Shown here: positions 61,632 through 64,000 of the stretch, piece by piece
Layout: the number at the start of each line of letters is the position of its first letter
How positions within the stretch are numbered: the stretch's first letter is position 1
Assembly (NCBI GenBank): GCA_016218975.1
Contig: JACRCO010000071.1
Span: forward strand, 7,723 to 71,722
Direction: 5' to 3'
From: Deltaproteobacteria bacterium
GTDB lineage: Bacteria; Desulfobacterota; Deferrimicrobia; Deferrimicrobiales; Deferrimicrobiaceae
DNA: 64,000 bases
The notes under the pieces: generated by a model
Database searches by the model: none
Told to the model about the DNA's origin: nothing
What the model saw: the letters and a program-made list of their open reading frames with translations, nothing else
Position numbers and translations under genes: made by a program

Positions 61632-62681
61632 ATGCAGGAACTTCTCGACCTGCGCTCGGATACCGTAACTCTCCCGACGCCCGGGATGCGGAAGGCGATG
61701 GCGCGCGCGAAGGTCGGTGACTCCCGGCGCGGGGAGGACCCGACCGTCCGCGAGCTTGAGGAGATCTCCGCGTCGCTCTTCGGAAAGGAAGCGGCCATAT
61801 TCGTCCCGTCGGGAACGATGGGGAACCTTTGCGCCGTCGCCACATGGACCCGACCGGGAGACGTGATCGTGGCATCCTCCGCGTCGCACATCGCCGGGCG
61901 CGAGGGTCCCGCCGTTTCACACATGGCTTCCGTCGCCATACTCGGGATCGATGCGCCGGGCGGGATATTCACCGCGCAGGAGGTGGACGCCGCTATCGCC
62001 GCGACGCCCGCGCGGGCAGAGTCGAAGGTACGAATGGTGACGGTGGAAAACACCCACAACGCAGGTGGCGGAACGGTGTATCCCCTGGCGGAATTCAAGC
62101 GGATCCGCTCCCTGTGCGCGAAACATTCCCTGCCCCTGCACGTCGACGGCTCCCGCATCTTCAACGCCACGGTGGCGACGGGCATCTCTCCGGCATCCTA
62201 CGGCAAGGCCGCGAGTTCCATCATGTTCTGCCTCTCCAAGGGGTTAGGGGCGCCGGTCGGATCGGTGCTGGCGGGACCGCGGGATTTTCTCGAGGAGGCG
62301 CGCAAGACCAGCCTGCGCGTTGGAGGCGGGATGCGGCAGGCGGGAATCGTGGCGGCCGGCGGGATATATGCCTTGCGCCACCACATCGACCGGCTCGCGG
62401 AAGACCACGAAAACGCTCGCACCCTGGCGAAGGGGCTCGAAGATATCCCCGGCGTCGAGGTCATAAACGCGCCGGTTCCCACCAATATCGTGCTGTTCCG
62501 CTGGCGGACCCCTTCGGACGGACGGCCTAACTTCCGGGAGGCTATAGCCCCGACCGGAGTACTCGTGGACGACCGTATGTTCCCGCTGTTCCGGGCGGTC
62601 ACCCACCTCGGTATAGGCAAGAAGGAGATCGCCCGCGTCCTGCGGGCGTTCCGGGAAGTCTTCGGCAAACCTAAAATCTAG
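61632..62681 (+). CDS. ltaE: Low-specificity L-threonine aldolase
   Basis: N-terminus LRSDTVTLPTPGMRKAM. PLP-fold motifs (GTMGNL, MFCLSKGLGAPVGSVLAG). Confidence 0.8.
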   Translation: MQELLDLRSDTVTLPTPGMRKAMARAKVGDSRRGEDPTVRELEEISASLFGKEAAIFVPSGTMGNLCAVATWTRPGDVIVASSASHIAGREGPAVSHMASVAILGIDAPGGIFTAQEVDAAIAATPARAESKVRMVTVENTHNAGGGTVYPLAEFKRIRSLCAKHSLPLHVDGSRIFNATVATGISPASYGKAASSIMFCLSKGLGAPVGSVLAGPRDFLEEARKTSLRVGGGMRQAGIVAAGGIYALRHHIDRLAEDHENARTLAKGLEDIPGVEVINAPVPTNIVLFRWRTPSDGRPNFREAIAPTGVLVDDRMFPLFRAVTHLGIGKKEIARVLRAFREVFGKPKI

Positions 62682-62724
62682 TCCGCATTTCTCACCACGC
62701 TTCTGCTGCGGCGGCGGATACGGG

Positions 62725-63006
62725 CTAGTGATATTTCCCGGGGGGCGGGGAGTGCTTCGCGATGTCTTCCGCGACCTCGCCGACCGTCTGCTTCATGAAA
62801 CGGTCCGCTTTTTTCTTCGGGCTTTCTCCCGAGGACGCCATCTTGGAAGGCCAGTTGGATCCCTTGAGCACGAATCCGCCGCCCCCAGCGATCAGCCGCT
62901 CCACCTTACCCCCGCACGTCGGGCACTTCTTGAGCGGAGGATCCGACATCTTCTGGACTTTCTCGAACTCTCCGCATTCCTTGCATTTGTATTCGTATGT
63001 CGGCAC
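62725..63006 (-). CDS. FmdB-family zinc-ribbon protein
   Basis: MPTYEYKCKECGEFEKVQKMSDPPLKKCPTCGG is the canonical FmdB CxxC...CxxC N-terminus. Confidence 0.7.
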   Translation of the reverse strand: MPTYEYKCKECGEFEKVQKMSDPPLKKCPTCGGKVERLIAGGGGFVLKGSNWPSKMASSGESPKKKADRFMKQTVGEVAEDIAKHSPPPGKYH

Positions 63007-63079
63007 GCCGCTCCTCCGGTGTCTATATATCGGTGTGGAATTATCTCATATTATAGGCGGATAGAGGAGGCGTTACCCC

Positions 63080-64000
63080 TTGTCCCTTTTCCTGATCGCT
63101 TTCTTCCTGATTTACGGCGGAACCCACGCGTATGCGCTCCATAAGGCTCATGCGGCGCTCGGCTTCGGGTGGAGGACCACGCTAGCTGCGATCCCGCCGC
63201 TCGCCGCGCTTGCCGGCGGCCCCCTGGTCGTATATGCCTTCGGGGTGCGCGGAATGGAAGGCGCCTCCAGGGCCGCTTCATGGATCGCCTACGTCTGGAT
63301 GGGGCTTCTATTCTTCTTCACCTGGACGAACCTGGCCCTTGACGCGGCGAACCTCGTGGCGCGCATCCTGACCGCGTTATCGGGAAAGGGAGCCCGGCCG
63401 CTCGTGACGTACGGAAAACCCGCGTTCCTGGCGTTGGCGGGACTGTCCATCGCCCTTGCCGCCTATTCCTTCGTCGAGGCTTCCCATATCCGCTTGAAGC
63501 ATTTCCGGGTCGCCACGGACAAATTGCCCGCGGGAACGGCGCGCATCCGGGTAGCGCAGATATCCGACATCCACCTGGGGCTGATGGTACGGCACCGGAA
63601 AGCCGCCGACGTCGCGGACGCGGTCCGGCGGTCCGCACCGGACATCCTCGTTTCGACGGGCGACCTCGTCGACGGCCGGATCAACCATCTCGACGGGCTT
63701 TCGGAAATCTTCAGGGAAATTCCCGCGCCGCTGGGCAAGTACGCCGTGACCGGAAACCACGAGTTCTTCGCGGGAGCCGGGGCGGCGCTCGACTTCACCC
63801 GGCGGGCCGGGTTCACCGTCCTGCGGGGGGAAGCGGTGACGGTCGGGAATGTCCTTCGGATCGCGGGGGTGGACGACACGGTGGGCAGCCGGTTCGGCCA
63901 GGCTCATGGGCGCACGGAGGAGGAGATTCTCGGTAACGCGACCTCTCCGCTTTTCACGATCCTGCTCAAGCATCGGCCGACCCTGACGCCCGCGGCGCGC
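63080..64000 (+). CDS. Membrane-anchored metallophosphoesterase (calcineurin-like), 3' end beyond the window
   Basis: Not in the ORF track because there is no stop in the window. TTG start at 63080, after a GAGGAGG RBS. Three to four N-terminal TM helices, then MPP motifs (IAQISDIHLG, STGDLVDG, VTGNHEF). Confidence 0.6.
   Translation, partial: MSLFLIAFFLIYGGTHAYALHKAHAALGFGWRTTLAAIPPLAALAGGPLVVYAFGVRGMEGASRAASWIAYVWMGLLFFFTWTNLALDAANLVARILTALSGKGARPLVTYGKPAFLALAGLSIALAAYSFVEASHIRLKHFRVATDKLPAGTARIRVAQISDIHLGLMVRHRKAADVADAVRRSAPDILVSTGDLVDGRINHLDGLSEIFREIPAPLGKYAVTGNHEFFAGAGAALDFTRRAGFTVLRGEAVTVGNVLRIAGVDDTVGSRFGQAHGRTEEEILGNATSPLFTILLKHRPTLTPAAR

Noticed and set aside
1-64000. Mobile elements (transposase, integrase, IS inverted repeats), rRNA, additional tRNAs
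   Set aside because: No transposase- or integrase-like translations, no IS-type terminal inverted repeats flanking a coding region, and no further cloverleaf-compatible sequences were seen on manual inspection.

Overview
This 64-kb window is a high-GC (about 65% by eye) bacterial chromosomal segment with dense, mostly operonic coding. The first ~9.5 kb looks visibly lower in GC. Protein homology and the 99-bp repeat and tRNA identity were judged by eye; coordinates were located by counting within the printed sequence blocks. Gene content, in order:

- **1-2379:** three minus-strand genes for a secreted/lipoprotein-like protein, a TM-TPR protein and a polytopic membrane protein.
- **2713-9565:** a plus-strand operon encoding a Hanks-type Ser/Thr kinase, a large protein with a degenerate HPD-less J-like domain plus zinc ribbon plus Gly-rich membrane anchor, a GrpE-like protein, a non-canonical 830-aa Hsp70 (DnaK-like) and a TPR/OmpA-domain protein. 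I read this as a dedicated kinase-coupled Hsp70 chaperone machine and consider it the most interesting candidate system in the window.
- **9593-12674:** a convergent minus-strand operon of a sigma-70/ECF-like factor, a zinc-finger anti-sigma factor and a transglutaminase-like protein with Clp-N repeats.
- **12859-15108:** PriA.
- **15190-24400:** a trehalose/alpha-glucan island (TreT-like GT4, TreZ, GH57-DUF3536, TreY).
- **24535-25236:** a SYLF/Ysc84-domain protein.
- **25407-25482:** tRNA-Ala(CGC).
- **25667-28736:** a PLD-DedA fusion and an EEP-family hydrolase.
- **28877-33304:** an XRE-cupin regulator followed by a translationally coupled lysine 2,3-aminomutase, two Ddl-like ATP-grasp ligases and a GNAT. 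This is a candidate beta-lysine peptide pathway.
- **33899-43092:** a hybrid sensor histidine kinase, then an AddAB-like helicase-nuclease pair.
- **43153-50484:** a SAM methyltransferase, a P1B-type heavy-metal ATPase, an MFS transporter, a YdjM-like hydrolase, class II fumarase/aspartase and beta-carbonic anhydrase.
- **50580-60791:** an FNR/DNR-box-controlled norCB (cNOR), a membrane protein with two DUF1858 domains, a small hypothetical, a cupin, an unusual 99-bp tandem repeat with 12-bp terminal inverted repeats, and an alternative complex III operon (ActA, B1, B2, C, D, E).
- **60893-64000:** a class II glutamine amidotransferase, threonine aldolase, an FmdB zinc-ribbon protein and a 3'-truncated metallophosphoesterase.

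No CRISPR array, rRNA, transposase or integrase was seen. Many long ORFs in the track are antisense or alternate-frame artefacts of the high GC content.
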